Assembly (NCBI GenBank): GCA_030141605.1
Contig: JAQGDQ010000505.1
Location: 62,001 to 126,000 of the forward strand
DNA: 64,000 bases
Direction of reading: 5' to 3'
From: Tubiluchus corallicola
Taxonomy: Eukaryota; Animalia; Priapulida
Position numbers and translations under genes: made by a program. Position 1 is the first letter of the stretch. Each line of letters starts with the position of its first letter. Below, piece after piece: positions 36,646-51,600 of this stretch. The notes beneath the pieces were generated by a model, which was given only the letters and a program-made list of their open reading frames with translations, did not search any database and was not told the DNA's origin.

Positions 36646-39600
36646 CTGAAAATTCAACACAATGAATAACAGGTAACAGTGTCCCAATAAAGGGATATTT
36701 TACACTATATGTTTTATGATTTTCAATTTTAAATAGCTTACAAATAAGATAAGTCCTAAATCTATCTTTATGACACATCAATGGATGATGCGGTGTAATA
36801 TGATGTAGTCCTCAAAAACTCCAGTAAAACTTTTTTGTAACAACAGTATTGATTTTATGTTTGACAAACTACCACACTTAAATCTTCTTTCATTAAGGGA
36901 CAAACTATTTATTTAACAGGAAAGGAAGCCTTACAATAAACTTTAGATTTTAGAACAAGCACCCAATTGATAACATATGCGAACTACTTTGACAAGTCAT
37001 ACAAACAGACAGCTATAAGTCTGAAATAGACCTATTATATATATCCTACCTATGCTGTACTTTGTACTAATTATACTTTTAAATAATTACCAATCTAGTG
37101 TTTCGTGATTGTGTAAGTATGATTTATCAATAAAAAAAGTGAGATTTATGAAATAAACATAATTTTCTAAGGAGGTGCTGCAGATACAGCTTATGAAAAG
37201 ACAGCAAAGTATGACGTTTGTCAACAATGCAGGATTTAAATGTAGCTGCTCAAGTAACTGTACCAAAAAATGATAGCCATGACTAACATACGAGTAAAAG
37301 AAATCTTTTTAATTTAAATGTAATCATGCCAGTGGTGGCTCGTAATTGAAATTAGTGGCAGTGCTGCTTCAGAAAATTTTTAGCCATTGTTTTAATACTG
37401 TGTAAAACGAATCAACCATATGTAATTTTAATGTCATAATTTGTAATTGTAACTTTAAACAAACAAACACATGAAAATTTATAGATAAACTTGATAAAAC
37501 CCTAAACAAAAAATATTTTGCTTACGTAGTCTAAATTGCCGCAGTTCAAGAATATGCCAGTACATGGTTTGTAAGCACACGACCACTGACAACACTGTGT
37601 GAGCGACGGTACTTTCTCTACCTAGCAGCAGACACTAGTAGTGCAGTGTACAGTGCGTGTTATTTTAGACATGTGTGCATAGCCGCATGCGCACAACAGC
37701 CAAACACACCACTGTGCTGGGCTGCGAAGCAAACAGTACTACCCTCACATGCTCTGGTACCATACAAGTTAAAGAAAGAACTAAGAAAAACGACTTATTA
37801 TACTGAATATTATCGATAACATCCAGTGAAAATAGGGGGTGCTGCAGTTCCACAGTACCTATACATGAGCCGCCACTAAATCATACCATTCACATAGTGA
37901 CTGAATAAAAGACAGGTTGACACTGACTTAATATGGAAAGATTTGCAACACTTCAGCTAATAATATTTACCTTATCTGATTATAAAGATTCCTAGTAGAT
38001 ACCATACAAATACAGTGCAGATTAATGAATGACGATTCCATAGTAAAATGTAAACAAGTTTCCAGAAGAGAAACCAATTGACAATGTATTTGAACTTCCC
38101 ATCCATTTCAAAAGAAATTGTGAGGTTCTAGATTTTATTCAGGCTTAAAAGCATTGCGCCACCAAACGCAGCTTCCGCAAAAAGCTAAGCCTTAGTTATT
38201 TCTTTTACTGGTCTGATTAAGTTTAAGTTTAAGTTTATTTATTTCCACTCTGCATCTAACAATTATAATAAAAAATACAGATAATTTCACTGAAGTAAAT
38301 ATAAATATAAATGCAACATTATCCAGAAATTACAAAGAGATTCTTACGCAGCATATACATGTGCAAGTTACATTACAGAGTAATTTTGATGCATACAGTT
38401 TGAGCCTAAAGCATAGCTTGACAGGCCAAACTGTACGTGGAAATCTTAAAGAAGTGATTAATAATTGAAATAATAATAATATATACATAAAAGGGGGGGA
38501 GTAGTGAATGAAAGGTGAAATGGAGCGAGAACTAAGAAAAATTGTGATCATGATTACAGAACTTTTTTGTTTACCCCGGTTTTTAGTTATTTCTTTATTA
38601 TTCTCGAGCCCTTTGTTGCTTTGCTAACTAGTATAGATGATATAGCTAAGATGACAAAACCCCCACGTGTATATTTATATCTGGGAAAACTATGTTTATA
38701 CATGACCCACTAGACTCAGGTCAAAGGTCACAGAGTAACTGTGAAACTTTTTCATTAGTCTGTAACTCCCTCTACAAATCTTGAGCTAGGGTCATAAACT
38801 TTTCAACTACACCCTAATCTTGCATAGTTGAAATAGTCGCTTTTGAAAATTTGAAAACAGTCATTTCTGGTCGGTTCATTTGTGAAGAAATTTCATCACG
38901 TTCACAAGACTTTAAGCTATAAATTAATAAATTTAAACAGACCAAATGAAAATGAGTTTATATTGCATGTAATATATTATATTAATATTGCATGTAAGTT
39001 AGAAAGTGGAGAAAAGTCACCCTATGACTAAATAACCAATGCTGTCTGCAGTGTGATGCGTATATTGTTTAATCGGTGAGAAGACATTATGATCTTTAAT
39101 TTGGAATCGAAATGCATAACATCAGCAAGTATTATTTAACATCTCTGTTAATTCTGATAGTTACGTGTGTGGATAGCAGCATTCTTTATTTGTGTAGTTA
39201 ACAGTAAACTGTTTTGCATGCTTGCATTTCACATCTGTAATTTGAATATAAATATGTTTATAACAAATATATAATATATTTTGCTCATCCATGGTGAAAA
39301 TCCTGGCATTACTTTCAAATTCATTTCTCCCCTGTTGGCTAAAGTGGTTTTGACAATTCAATAAATATTAAGGTAGCATAAAAAATGGTGGAACGAACAC
39401 GTTTTTATTGAATTTTTGAAACGAAGCTTGACAGAAAAAAGGAAATGTGAAAAAATGAGAACTCATGACCAAACTTGGATTTGAACAAAGGACCTACGGA
39501 CACGTGCTCTTGGTACGAATCCAGTCTCAGGACCAACTTAACTCATATTTCCTCTCCTTCCCATCAAGTTTGGATGAGAAAGTGTAATCCATGCACCTGT

Positions 39601-42600
39601 AAGTTAATTCCAATACTAATACATTTCAAATTTCTATTAAATAATACACATTGTAATACGTTATGTATAAAATACATGACAGTATACATGTAGTTCTGTC
39701 ATACCTAATAGATCTCCTACTGAAGTATCAAATAACTTTTCAAACAAGTCACTATGTCCCTCGCTCTCACCTGAAAAGGTAAAAACGAAAAACTGCTCAA
39801 ATTATCAAATCTGACACAAAACACACGTATATATATATATAGAAGTGAGAAGAAGCTCATATCATATGTCATGCTTGGTTAGAGTAGAAAAGGTCAATTA
39901 GCCTAGCCTAAAACTAACACATTTTGAAAACACAAAAAGTGCATTACTCAAGCAGATGCCCTTTAACGCTTTTAGTCATTTCACGTTAAAACTAAGTGTA
40001 TCTGCTATTAGTGAATTAGATCAAGTGACAGAGTAGAAGAAGATGAAGTTTTCCGTCATCATCTTCATCAGGAATGACAGCTCTGCAACTGTGGTTTGAT
40101 TTATCTAAGGAATCAAAAGAGTTAGTTGCATGTGTTGCAACCTTTTAAGAAAGAATAGCAAGGCAAATGCTTTGTCCCTCGAATTTCTGAAAAAGCTTTT
40201 AGTACCATGAATGTGACGACGAAACCGAGAATTAATGGTAAATGCACTGCCTAAAAATGAATGATATCCAGTCGCCTCTTGCATTACAAAAAAAGTATGC
40301 AAGGGCTATACTAAAACACTCCTATATCAGTCGCTTGCACTTATGTTAATGCAGCAAAATGCGCTGTTCATAAATAAAACTTTCCTCAATACTGTTCACT
40401 TGTTTGTCTCTTCAGTAGCACACTCCGTGCCAAGCAAATTAAACTGCCATGACTCCGCAAGTGACTTTTGTGACATGTAGATTTTTGTAAATGCAACTCA
40501 TTATATGCATTCAATGTTATTATGAATTTTAAAGGCGTTTTTAGCAGGATATTGTGCTTGATGAATCTAAGAGACTTTGCAAATATATTGACTTCAACAT
40601 TAAATTGTATTGAAACTTATTTTTCTTTTATTTTTGCAAGTAGCGAACCCATTAAGTAACATTAGCGGTCTTAATTTATGTACTGGTTTATATTGTTAGT
40701 TTTAATTACATTGTGGCATAAATACCAATAAACTTGTGTTCAGCGAAAGATTTTACGATTATGTTTCTCATTTTGGCACACTATTTGCAAAAAAGAGCAC
40801 ATTATTGATTACTAGCGGAAGTATTGTTTGTTCGAATCGCAAAAATTGGAACTATTTTATGTCTTTTAAAATGTGAATTTATGGACTACTATAAAAAGTT
40901 TTTCACCTTCTGAAGTTTTATCAAATAATCCTATATGAAGGCAGTTTTTTGCTGGAGAAGCCGCAAAACGAAACCAGTTTTTTGCTGGAGAAGCCGCAGA
41001 AGTTAGACTGTTGTCTGTAGGAGATGCTTCTTCCAAACGAAACCAGTTTTTTGATGAAGAAGTGAAAGAGGTAAAACAGCTGTCCGTGGGAGACATATCT
41101 TCAAAATGAAGTTGATTTGTTGCTGAAGATGATGAGTGAGTGTCTATAGGTGAAGTATCCTTCATCGTTGCAGTCTGAAAAATAAACGAGTTGTTAATAT
41201 GCAAAAAATTGCAATTCCACATTTTCCGGGCCTTGATAATCCAGACAATCAATTATCTGGATACCTTTTTGTTTTCGTTAGTTCCGATTAATGAAGCAAG
41301 TTCATTATCACCTCTGTTTTCAAGCGACTCGGCACAAAAATAAAGGCAGTTACAAAAGTACAGTGGTTTCAGCGGTTACAGTGAACAAGAGAACATTTAC
41401 TGCAAATTTGGATGAACCATCTTTTACAATTTCCCAATATGCAAACTACAACTATTAATTCTAAAATAGTGGAAAATGAAGACTAATTCAACAATTTAAC
41501 TTATCTTGTTCGTATATTTAAAAATCTTGTGTAAAGAATCTTATTTTTGACAAAGTGCCTAACATGTTGGTTCTTCAGATACTTTAAAGCAAACTAATTA
41601 GGTTGCAATTAATTTTACTATCAAAATGATTGCAATATGATTAATTCCAAACCTAACAAACATTTTCATGATACACCTAAATCATGCTAAACATTCTTGA
41701 CATTTTAAATTCAAAACAGCTAGTGTGAGCTGCTCAGAACTTTAAACTCTTATTAGGCATGTGCAAAGCAAACCCGCAGTGGCATTCATTGAGCTAAACA
41801 GTAATTGACAGGTGCTAGCCTAATATAAATTTCTTCACTGCTCACAAATGAATATAAGTTATGAATAATAATTAATATGCTGGCTAGTCAAAATTTTACT
41901 GAAAAACTAGTGATTAAGTCATTCACCTGAGAAGATCTGGCAATCTGAGAAGCTTGTAATTTGATCAGTTTATACCGTTCTACAAGGTCCTGAAATTCTT
42001 CACCAAAATGAATCATATCAGCAGCATCAACTGGCATGCCTGCAAAGTTGAAAAATAGTGCTTAACAGTATAAGTCAAAATTCATGTCAGTGAATACAGG
42101 GATGGAATTCAAATACTAGTTATCTAAAATAGGAGATCCTTGGCAAGTGCAGAAAGGAGTGAGAAAAGAATTAAAATGAGCTCCCAATATAATTTTTTAA
42201 CTAACTATTGTCAGACGATAGAGACTGCTCCGTAAAAAATCAGATAAAAATCATTCATGAATTGTTTTTGTACAATACGGCACCTCATTCCATTAATAAA
42301 CCAATAAATGCTCCCATACGTAAATGCATGATGGAGAATAGATTCAATATCCTAGACCTAGAGGATGTTTACCAACACTGGAACGAAAAGAAATGGTAAT
42401 TTCGAGTTCCGGACAGTACCTATAGTGCAGAACAAGTAATTTTTCAGAATTGCATACCGACAGATAGCAAGAAATATAGGTTCTACAACAAAAACTGAAC
42501 TGTCTATTTAACCCTTTCATTACGGAAAGCGGCACACTGCCACCTATGTTTTTCATGCAAGGGATGGAAGGCGATAGACTGCTGCCCAAACTCAGCACTA

Positions 42601-45600
42601 AGCGCAGGCACACCGGTCTGCTTATTTCACTGCTAAGGCTATGCAAAAACATTGTAGAAAAGTTTCACAGCCGTGGGATTGGGGTTGCTTCGCAACAAGT
42701 AATGCTAACCAGCCAAACAGCATCTGAAGCCAGGTGTATTCCACAATACTCTACTGTATGGTATGTTCCCATGCAAAATCACTTGTAGACTGTTGATGAA
42801 ACGGATGTTTAGCTGGTTGTTCTGCATTTTTGTAAAATGATTGTGTATTATTGATTAGTATTGCGACTTTTGTGAAATCTGGTTTCTAAATGTTAGTACA
42901 AGCTTATTTATGATTTTGAGTGCATATCCGCGCATGTGTGAGTGCAGGTGTGCTTGCACATGTGTAGGAATAAAACTAATATAAACTCAATAACGAACAA
43001 CTATTTGTTTATTGACAAGATTCTGTTTTAGTAACACACCACAAGAAGTTATTGTCGAATTGCAAAAGTCAATGTGGCCCAGTAAAAAGCAACAATGTAG
43101 CGAAAAGGTTAAATTTTCACACCATTGCTCGAAAAGGAAATTATATCCACAAATTTCTCGAACTGCTCTTCATCTTATCTAGCCCGAAAAACAGTTATAA
43201 ATTTACGCTACCTGTTGTCCTACTTGGTTTGCTGAAACTAATTAATGCATCTGGCGTTCTTAAAGTACTAGATCCCACATTGGTTTCCATGCTTACTGGT
43301 AGAACAGAATTGGGAGAAGTGGTTTTAGTACTTTGAAGAAACTGACCAGGTGAATCAAAGGCCTTTGTCACAGTCAGTAGTGGCGAGCTAAAGTCATCTG
43401 CTTTTGGTCGTATATCAGGGGAACAGTATCCATCGCTTTGATGAAATCCAAGAAGGTGCAAAGGGGATGGTTCATTTTCTTCCACTGGTGAAGTATCAAC
43501 TAGGCTTTCTGGAGCAACTTGACAGGTTAATAGGTCACTAGAGCTTGACGAGCTTACACTATCCATGGAACGTATAGGTTCGGCTTGCGGCATTGCAAAA
43601 TGCAAAGACTCGAGAGCATCTGAATCAAAATCTGTATCTGCGTCACGTCCAGGTCGAGGAGAGTTGAAACTCAGAACCTCTGCCAAAGTTCTGCTGCTCG
43701 TTAAATCTTCCTCTTGCGATACGACGGGAAGGCCGTCAAGTTCTAATTTAGACTGTCCTTCACTCTTACAGGAATCTTGTTCATTTAAAGAAATTTGATC
43801 AGAATCAAGAACCAGACTTCCTTTTTTCCATAAAAATGTCTTTATATCATCTACAATCATAAATTAATTATTAGTTTCTACTATCAAATTTTTCAATTAT
43901 ATTTCATAGTAGTCTTTAAAGCATGACAATCTAGGCGGTTTACAAGTGTAAACAAACTAAGTTAACTGACTAAACTTCTCTTTCATTACTTATTTAAAAG
44001 AATTTGGAAAAGTACTTTTAATCAACAAGCAGAACAGTTTAAGTCATAACAGCATTATAACAGTGGCTAAGCAATTATTATAAATCTAATAATGTAACCA
44101 GTTACTTCTACAAAAGCCAATTCCAATGGCCTAAACCTACACGATGTGGCCACCCAAGTAACAGCCACGATTTACTCTTACACCACCATTACCCGATAAG
44201 AAAAACTAGATAATTGTTAGCTTAACGTTTACCATGCTCACTGTGCACGCTTGCTGATGTAGGTTGTGGAACAGTGTTTCCTGGAACAGCCTCTGGACTG
44301 TAAGCAAGTTTTTCTCTCTTTGCAAATGGATCCAAACCTATGTAACGTAAAATAATAAACTAGCATATAAGCACTACGCAAGCAGATTCCAAAGAGGATT
44401 AGGATAATGTTAATACCGTTTTGTGCTGCGGTCTTAATGACAAACAAAGATTTTTCTCAATGCACCTTGTCATTATCTTTGTCTAACACAGTAACATGTG
44501 TATATTTTATATCTATAATAACTACTTAAATAATTGCAGCTACCGTAGACATTACAGGTTGCAAATAAGCCTTTTCACAGTTAAAATGATTGATGATGAT
44601 CGTGAAATGGTCAATGGTTCAGCGTACCAGACAACGCCTCGCAGGCCATGCTATTGTAATAATAGTTCATTTTTTCTTGTTGACAAGCATGATCCTGCTA
44701 GTAAATCAGATTATAGACTGATTTTAGTGCATATTTAACAGATATACACGTTGTTTCCATTGCTCTTTCTTCTTGTTCAAGGTCTCATTCCATCTACTGT
44801 AGATATTGTGGCATTAATATACATTAGAGTATTCCACCCACTTCTATCTGCAGCCAGCAGCATAAGTACTTGTATTCCTAAAGATAGATTTGGTTGAAGT
44901 TATTGAATACTTTATTGATCTTAGCTATCCAAGTTGTTTTTTGGCTTGCCAGGTGGATTTTTTCAAGATTTTAACGCTTCCTTAAAGGCGATTCTTGCTG
45001 GTACTTCACTTGGTAGTCTTAGAAGGTGTCCTAGCCATCTTAATCTTCGGAACTCCAAGGAATTTCTTTTGTTCTAGTGTATAAGCCCTAGTTTTTGATT
45101 ATGTATGGCCATCATATTTAAGACTTTCTTTAGAAAACTTCTATGAAATGTGCCAATTTGCTTTTCTTGGACAATCATTAAACCCCATGTTTCACTGTTG
45201 TACATAAACATGCTGGTAACGTAAGTATTAAATAATCGAAGTCTTACGTTAAGACTAAATTTCTTGCTAGTTAATACATTCTTGTGTTAGAAAAGTATAC
45301 ATGAAAAAACCTTGCTCATATTCATATTTACACTCATGCTGCCAGTAATATTTATTTGCTCTTGTGAATCAGTACAAATTCGCCACATTACTAATACTGT
45401 TGTGAACACATGAAGCTGAATAAGCACGCCATGTGGAAGAAATATAAATGCAATCTGCTTACTGTAAAAATCAGGATTAGAAGGAATTGAGCAGCTGCGC
45501 AGTAATGCCTCATTAGCTTTCCGTGATTAATAATTTGAGAAAGACAAGAGCATCTGGCAATATTATCTCATAAATGAAAGGTGTTATCTGTTTCTCCTTT

Positions 45601-48600
45601 CGACTTTGTAGGTTTTCTGACTCTCATGCTTGACCCCCTGTGTTTCTTGACATTTGAAACAGGATCACTCTTTTTGGCTAAATTTGATTCACAAATTATC
45701 ATAGGCAATAAAGGTATGCAAAGAGTACTAATTCCAAGCTGTGCTTCCTGGCCAAACAAGGTCAAATGATTTTTATGTCCAAATTTTCATATAACTGGCA
45801 TTCTTAGCCACATTTGACAATTTTTATCTTTGTCCCAGGTAGTTAAATGTCACTGCCCATAAGTTCTCACCCAGCATCTAGCATTGACACTTGACATTTT
45901 ATAAGGGAAAGCTTGCCTTTATACTACAATTGTTCTAATCCTGGATCCTCCCTCCCCAAAGGTCAAGAAGTGGATAAAATACTTTTGTCATAGATTAGCT
46001 GTCAATATGTGACACCTTGAGCTGACTCAGATTCTTCCACTATACCAAACATCCTGGATCCTCCCTCCCACTGAGGCTCTGGAGGGATGAAGGGTCATTG
46101 CAGCGCTATCACCCAAAAGTTGTCACCCATCATCTAACATCTACATTACCATTTTGCAGGACAAAATCCGCCTTTATAACACAACTGCTGCAATTGCTAG
46201 AACCATTGGTAGACATAATACAGAATCCTGGATCTGCCCTAGAGGAGAAAGTCACATTGAGCTGATGCAAATTCTCCCTTTATCCCCTCCGTCCTGGATC
46301 GTACTTTCCTTTTTCCTGGGCGAGGGAGAGACAGCGTAGGCCATCATTCAAAAATTGTCAGTCATCACCTAACATATATACTTGATATTATGAGAAACAA
46401 AACCTACTTTATATATACCTACTAAATACACTACAGTTGCAATTGTTCAGATCATTTTTTCAACGTTGGATTGTCAACGGGTGACAGGTCACTTTAATCC
46501 CTCGCACTGAGCTGACAGATTCTCCTAGCATACAATCTACACTGGATCTTCCTTCTCTCCCTCCTTGAGAAAGGGGAAAAATTATTTTTGTCTGTGTTGG
46601 GTTGATAGTACGTGCCAGGCCACTCTAATTCTTAGCACCCTTAATGCCCACCAATTCCATGCCGCTATTGAGGTTTCTACTTGTATTCCCTATTTTGAAT
46701 ATGCTCTCGGGATGGGCTTTGACTTTGACCATCATCTTGTCCAAAAATTATCCCACACCAAAAATGTCAAGGCCACCTGAAGTAGTCCAGGTGTAACTCG
46801 GAAAGTGGCACTCTTCGAGCTTGGAAAATCATGGAACGAAAATAGACACTGGTGACTAATCTTGAGCACATAGTCTCTTCCCTCTAGTTTCATTAAGAAC
46901 AATGACATAAGTGCAAAAATTATAGACCAAACTAATAATTTTGAAAATTAGATATTATCAATGCCAAATTCAACTAATTTAACGAAATATAAAATTAACA
47001 TTTGGCAAAAAAATAGTTGGGACTTTGATCAAACATATATAGGCACTCAAATAAGAAAAAAATTACAGCATGTCCAAGAAGCATTCAAACGACTTACAGA
47101 CTTTACTGAGTTTATTATTTTACATGTATAAAATGATACACAGTTTACATGCGAGTGCTCTAGTACAAAAAAGTCAAACTATGTTGGCATAGTTATAGTA
47201 GCTGAGCTACAGTATAATCAAATGGCAAGTCTTTATCCCGATTTCTTTGCACAAATGCCAGAACATCCTAGCATTTGCTGAATTTCTTCCCTTTTAGGTA
47301 AGCATTTGACTTATGGAAAAGCAAGATGCCCATAAGAACTGTGATAACAGAAACAACAACTTACTAAGGGCACCAAGAGGGTCTTCAAGATTAATGTCTA
47401 TAGGTGATGTCCTCGATGAAGAGCAGGCCGAATTGGAATTGCTCCTTATAGCACCACTTTCTCCGGTAACTGCAGACGCAACCTGTATGTAAGTGTAATA
47501 GAATAGTCTGCATGAAACAAATCGAAAAACTCATGTAAGTATTACAACTTATTTAATGATTATAATACAAATTTAGCCTACAAAGTCATTCCATTTTAAG
47601 GTTTTTCTTCAACCATTAATGGAGCACTGAGCTTTTTTCTAACACAGTAGGCACTGCTTAAAAGACTCACGGTTAATAGACTCAATCGCTTAATTGACTC
47701 AAAAGTGCCTGGAACGGACCGCTTCTATTCAAATATACATAAAAACTATCGGTAATTGACTCAAATAATTGCGTTTAATTGACTCAATATTTTTCCTTCA
47801 CCTACTTAAAATAAAATATTTGTATGTGCCAAAACAGCCTTTCCTACTTTTGTGTCATCTTTACTTCGCTTTTGTACACTATGTATGCAGAAACAATCAT
47901 GTTAAGTACCGTTTTGTTTGTAAGCAGGTAAGTTTATCATGCACTAATATGCTATAGCGTAGCGGTTTTGCTTTGAATCTGTTACCCGTTCTCCCACTGT
48001 TATCCAAAGAATTTCTGGAAGCTTTACATTTAATCACTTGCCAAGCGGTTTCCTCTTGATGCTCTCATTGCAAATCATGCTTTCAGATTGAAGATGCAGG
48101 CACAGTAATCAGTCGGTATTCCTTGTGACTTACAATTCATAAAAAATTGTTGCAGCACATAGTAAGCTGATGACTCATACTTCTATACCCATAATACTAC
48201 ACCCATCGGTTAATAGGGTCAAACACATCAGTCCCAAAATGAGTCTTAAAGCGGCACCTACTGCTCTTTCTAAGTTCAATTTTGCTAATACTAATTAGTG
48301 ATGATTTCTGCAGGTAGTGCTCATACAAGAGTTGGTGATCTTTTTCCATACGAAATCCCGTGACAATTTATTACCAACTGGCCAATCATGACTCACCGTT
48401 ACATATAATAAAATTTGTTTCATTAAAATTAGCATTCATATACTCATTTGTACACCTTCTTTCACACTGACAAATTAATGTTGAAAAATTAGTTCATTCC
48501 AATTTTACACAAATGTTTAACTCCATCAGGACCACACCATTTAAAATAGGTCTCGTAGGACCTAAACTTTTCTGCTGCTGTATGCGTACAGACATAACTA

Positions 48601-51600
48601 AATGATTAGAAATTCAGTACTGTTCTATTCAGGCGAATCTCGGCTATCCAATCATGCTATTTGTTTAAACATTAATAGGTGATTTAATTGGATAAAATTA
48701 AGAAAAACACGCCCAGGCTCTACAACTTAACCCATTGAGTAGCTTGGTCCGGTGTACACCTGCGTGATCGTACACACTATTTTATTGATCGTCTGCTTGC
48801 TACAGCTCAAGCTGTGCAGTGTTCTACTGCTATTCCAAGAAAACCAGCCAATCAACCAAGGAAAAATTAGGGTGGTTTCATCTTTTAACAATAATTTCTC
48901 CTTAAAAAGACAGCAGACATGAGGTCAAAGTCTATCAGAGCGCTGTCGTCTGGATAGTTGAAATCTTCTGCATTAGCGGATTTCACATAAGTAATGCTGT
49001 ACTTTGTTACAACGCAATCACTGCAGTTACTGAAGGCTTTTTTTCCAATTTTTTCGTCAAAAATCAATATTTAATTTGTCTAAGGTAAGCAAATGCATCT
49101 CATATATAATTTTGCATTGTGTGAGGAGTAGAAACCTGAAAATATTATCAAATATAACGTCACAGCTGCTTAGTGAAAGCCGTTTTCCATAAAGCCATGC
49201 AAAATGCAGCAAACGCTTACGGTCCTGAAGGAGTTAAAGAAGTGCTTAAATACTAACTTCGTTTAAAAGATTTTCTTGAACGTGCTGAGACATTTCAGTT
49301 TGTAGTAATCGAGATGAAACTGCAGGTTCGTTTAGCAAATAATTCTCTACTCTCCGAATGCCTGCTGTCCACTTATCAGAGGAAGCTGGCCTGCCCTTGG
49401 AATGCAACAAACCACCTTTCTTTTTGGTGGAACTTTTACCTACTTCCTCTTTTAATGTTGGAGAGCAAGCAGGTTTCTTAATTCTAGGAGACACCTGAAA
49501 AAAACAATAATTTGCTTACTAACGTTATGGAATTAGTAGGAGCTATAATTCAATTGTCTTTAAGACACTTCGCCAAGTCAATTTGTTGTCTCGAGGTTTG
49601 AACCTCTGTTGTTTAAGAACATCAAATCCAAACAAAATCCCTTAGTTCAGTTTGATGGAATTTACAGAATTTTTGAACTGGAATTAGGGAAACTCTAAGT
49701 TACACTTTCAAAAGAATCTGCTGGTTACAAGAACTAGCGTGCTTTTAAAAAGTGAAAATCAAATCTTAGATACTGACAAAGAATTTTGATGTATAAAAAT
49801 TGCGACACACAATGGACCCACCACTATTACATATTTACTTAGTAGTTTATAAATAACTACAACCTTTTCAAGACATCCACTTTTGTGATTAAGGGTATCA
49901 CGCGCATTCTGGCTGACAGCTTGAATATTTTATATTTTACAGAAAAAAATTTGTTATTTACTAGAAATCATTTTGCTAGAATGTATGGACCATTTAGAAA
50001 TCAAATATGGCAAATATAGTCAATAAATCACAGAAATAATATAAGCTATCGCTTTAATGTTGCCAGAATAGAGATTTGGTTAAATCTCATTCTGGAATCC
50101 AAATTTTTAAGTATCAGTCTACAGTAGGATTTGGCTTCAGTTCGGGTTTAGAGTAACATTATCCCAGGGCATCACCGTTCCTCAACTTTAAAATCAGAAA
50201 CTGACATAGAAATTGAGATTTGTTTGTTATCTTTATTGCAAAGGCAAAGTTGGTATCCTTTTCTTTTCATTTTAAGTTGCACACTACACATACGATGGTT
50301 TCATATTTTTCTGAGTAAAACATGTCAAAGATAATAAATGCTATATGTGTACTGTGTTTGCATAGCAAAATCGTTTGTAAATTGGCAGTTTAGCTTTTCT
50401 AGTTATACACATATCCTGAATTTCCATTTCGTGAGGATCATTTTGATACCAAGCTCAACGCTTTATGTTATTTCTAATCTGAGATAATCCACATTGAAAC
50501 TGAGGTGTAGGCTGCACACTGAAAAACGTATCCTTGAGAAAATCACTGTTAAAGTTTGCCATTGCACAAATGTGGGTTGCTACAGACTTTGCAAGAAAAC
50601 AAAAAAGTTATGTTTAAATCCAATAGATGGCCCTTACTGAAGAAGATCTGGGCTTGGCAACTGAAAAAAACTGAACAAAATGACCGCTTCCACGAGCTAC
50701 TATAGCAGTTTGAAAATATGACTTTTTGACAAACACAACATTAGTTTTTACACAGAGAAGTGTGCAAGCAGTTCTAAAATTAGATTTTAGTATTTTTAAA
50801 ATATTTTCTTGATAATTTGACAATATAATATAAAAGTCTAATACACTTACATTTGGTTTCATAAAAAAAAAAATTGACTTTTAATGAAAGTTTGGTGCAT
50901 CCACTTTGATAAAGTATCATAATGCAGTTTTCGCTATGCCGCCTTAAAAGAGCAAATTGATAAATTGGCCACAAGCAACAGATTAAAAAAATAACATACT
51001 AGTTTGCTTTTCGAATTAACAAATTGTCTTCGAGTTGGACGCTTGTCATTTCCACTAGCAGTAATACGAGCATAAGGCACGCTGATAGCAGGAGACCTAG
51101 AGTAAACAAAACTACTAAGTGACAATAATGACAATAATGTCAAGCGTGTAATGTAAAGTGTATTTTGTAGACGTGCCAACGGTGGCATAAAAACAAACTG
51201 AAATTCGTCAACATTTTTTACACTAAATGACAATCTTAAATCAAGATCAATGTCATAAATAATTATTTTTAATAGTATCTCGGAAGCACTAATTATTAGA
51301 AAAAGTAGCATCATCATACTTGACACGCTTGCGAATCTTCTCAGTTTTCCTTGTTTTTCTTTTTTGGACTAAAGAATTAATCAAATCGGTGGCTTCGTCA
51401 GGTGTACTCACTAAAATAGTAAATACAAATAATACACAAACAAATATTCTTGCCAAAACTTTGCAAATTCTAAGCGTGCATGAAAAACCTTTGCTTGCTT
51501 AAGATGTTGAAAAATGTTTTTAAAAGAACAGGATTTAGATACTCTTACAGGCAACATTTAGAAAACATAAATTTCATTTGTTTGATTAAACTGTTGAATT

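Noticed and set aside
49889-50947. Kolobok-like element bounded by TTAA
   Set aside because: TIR similarity is weak, and the other two copies of this family extend past the proposed right end, so the boundary is unsupported.
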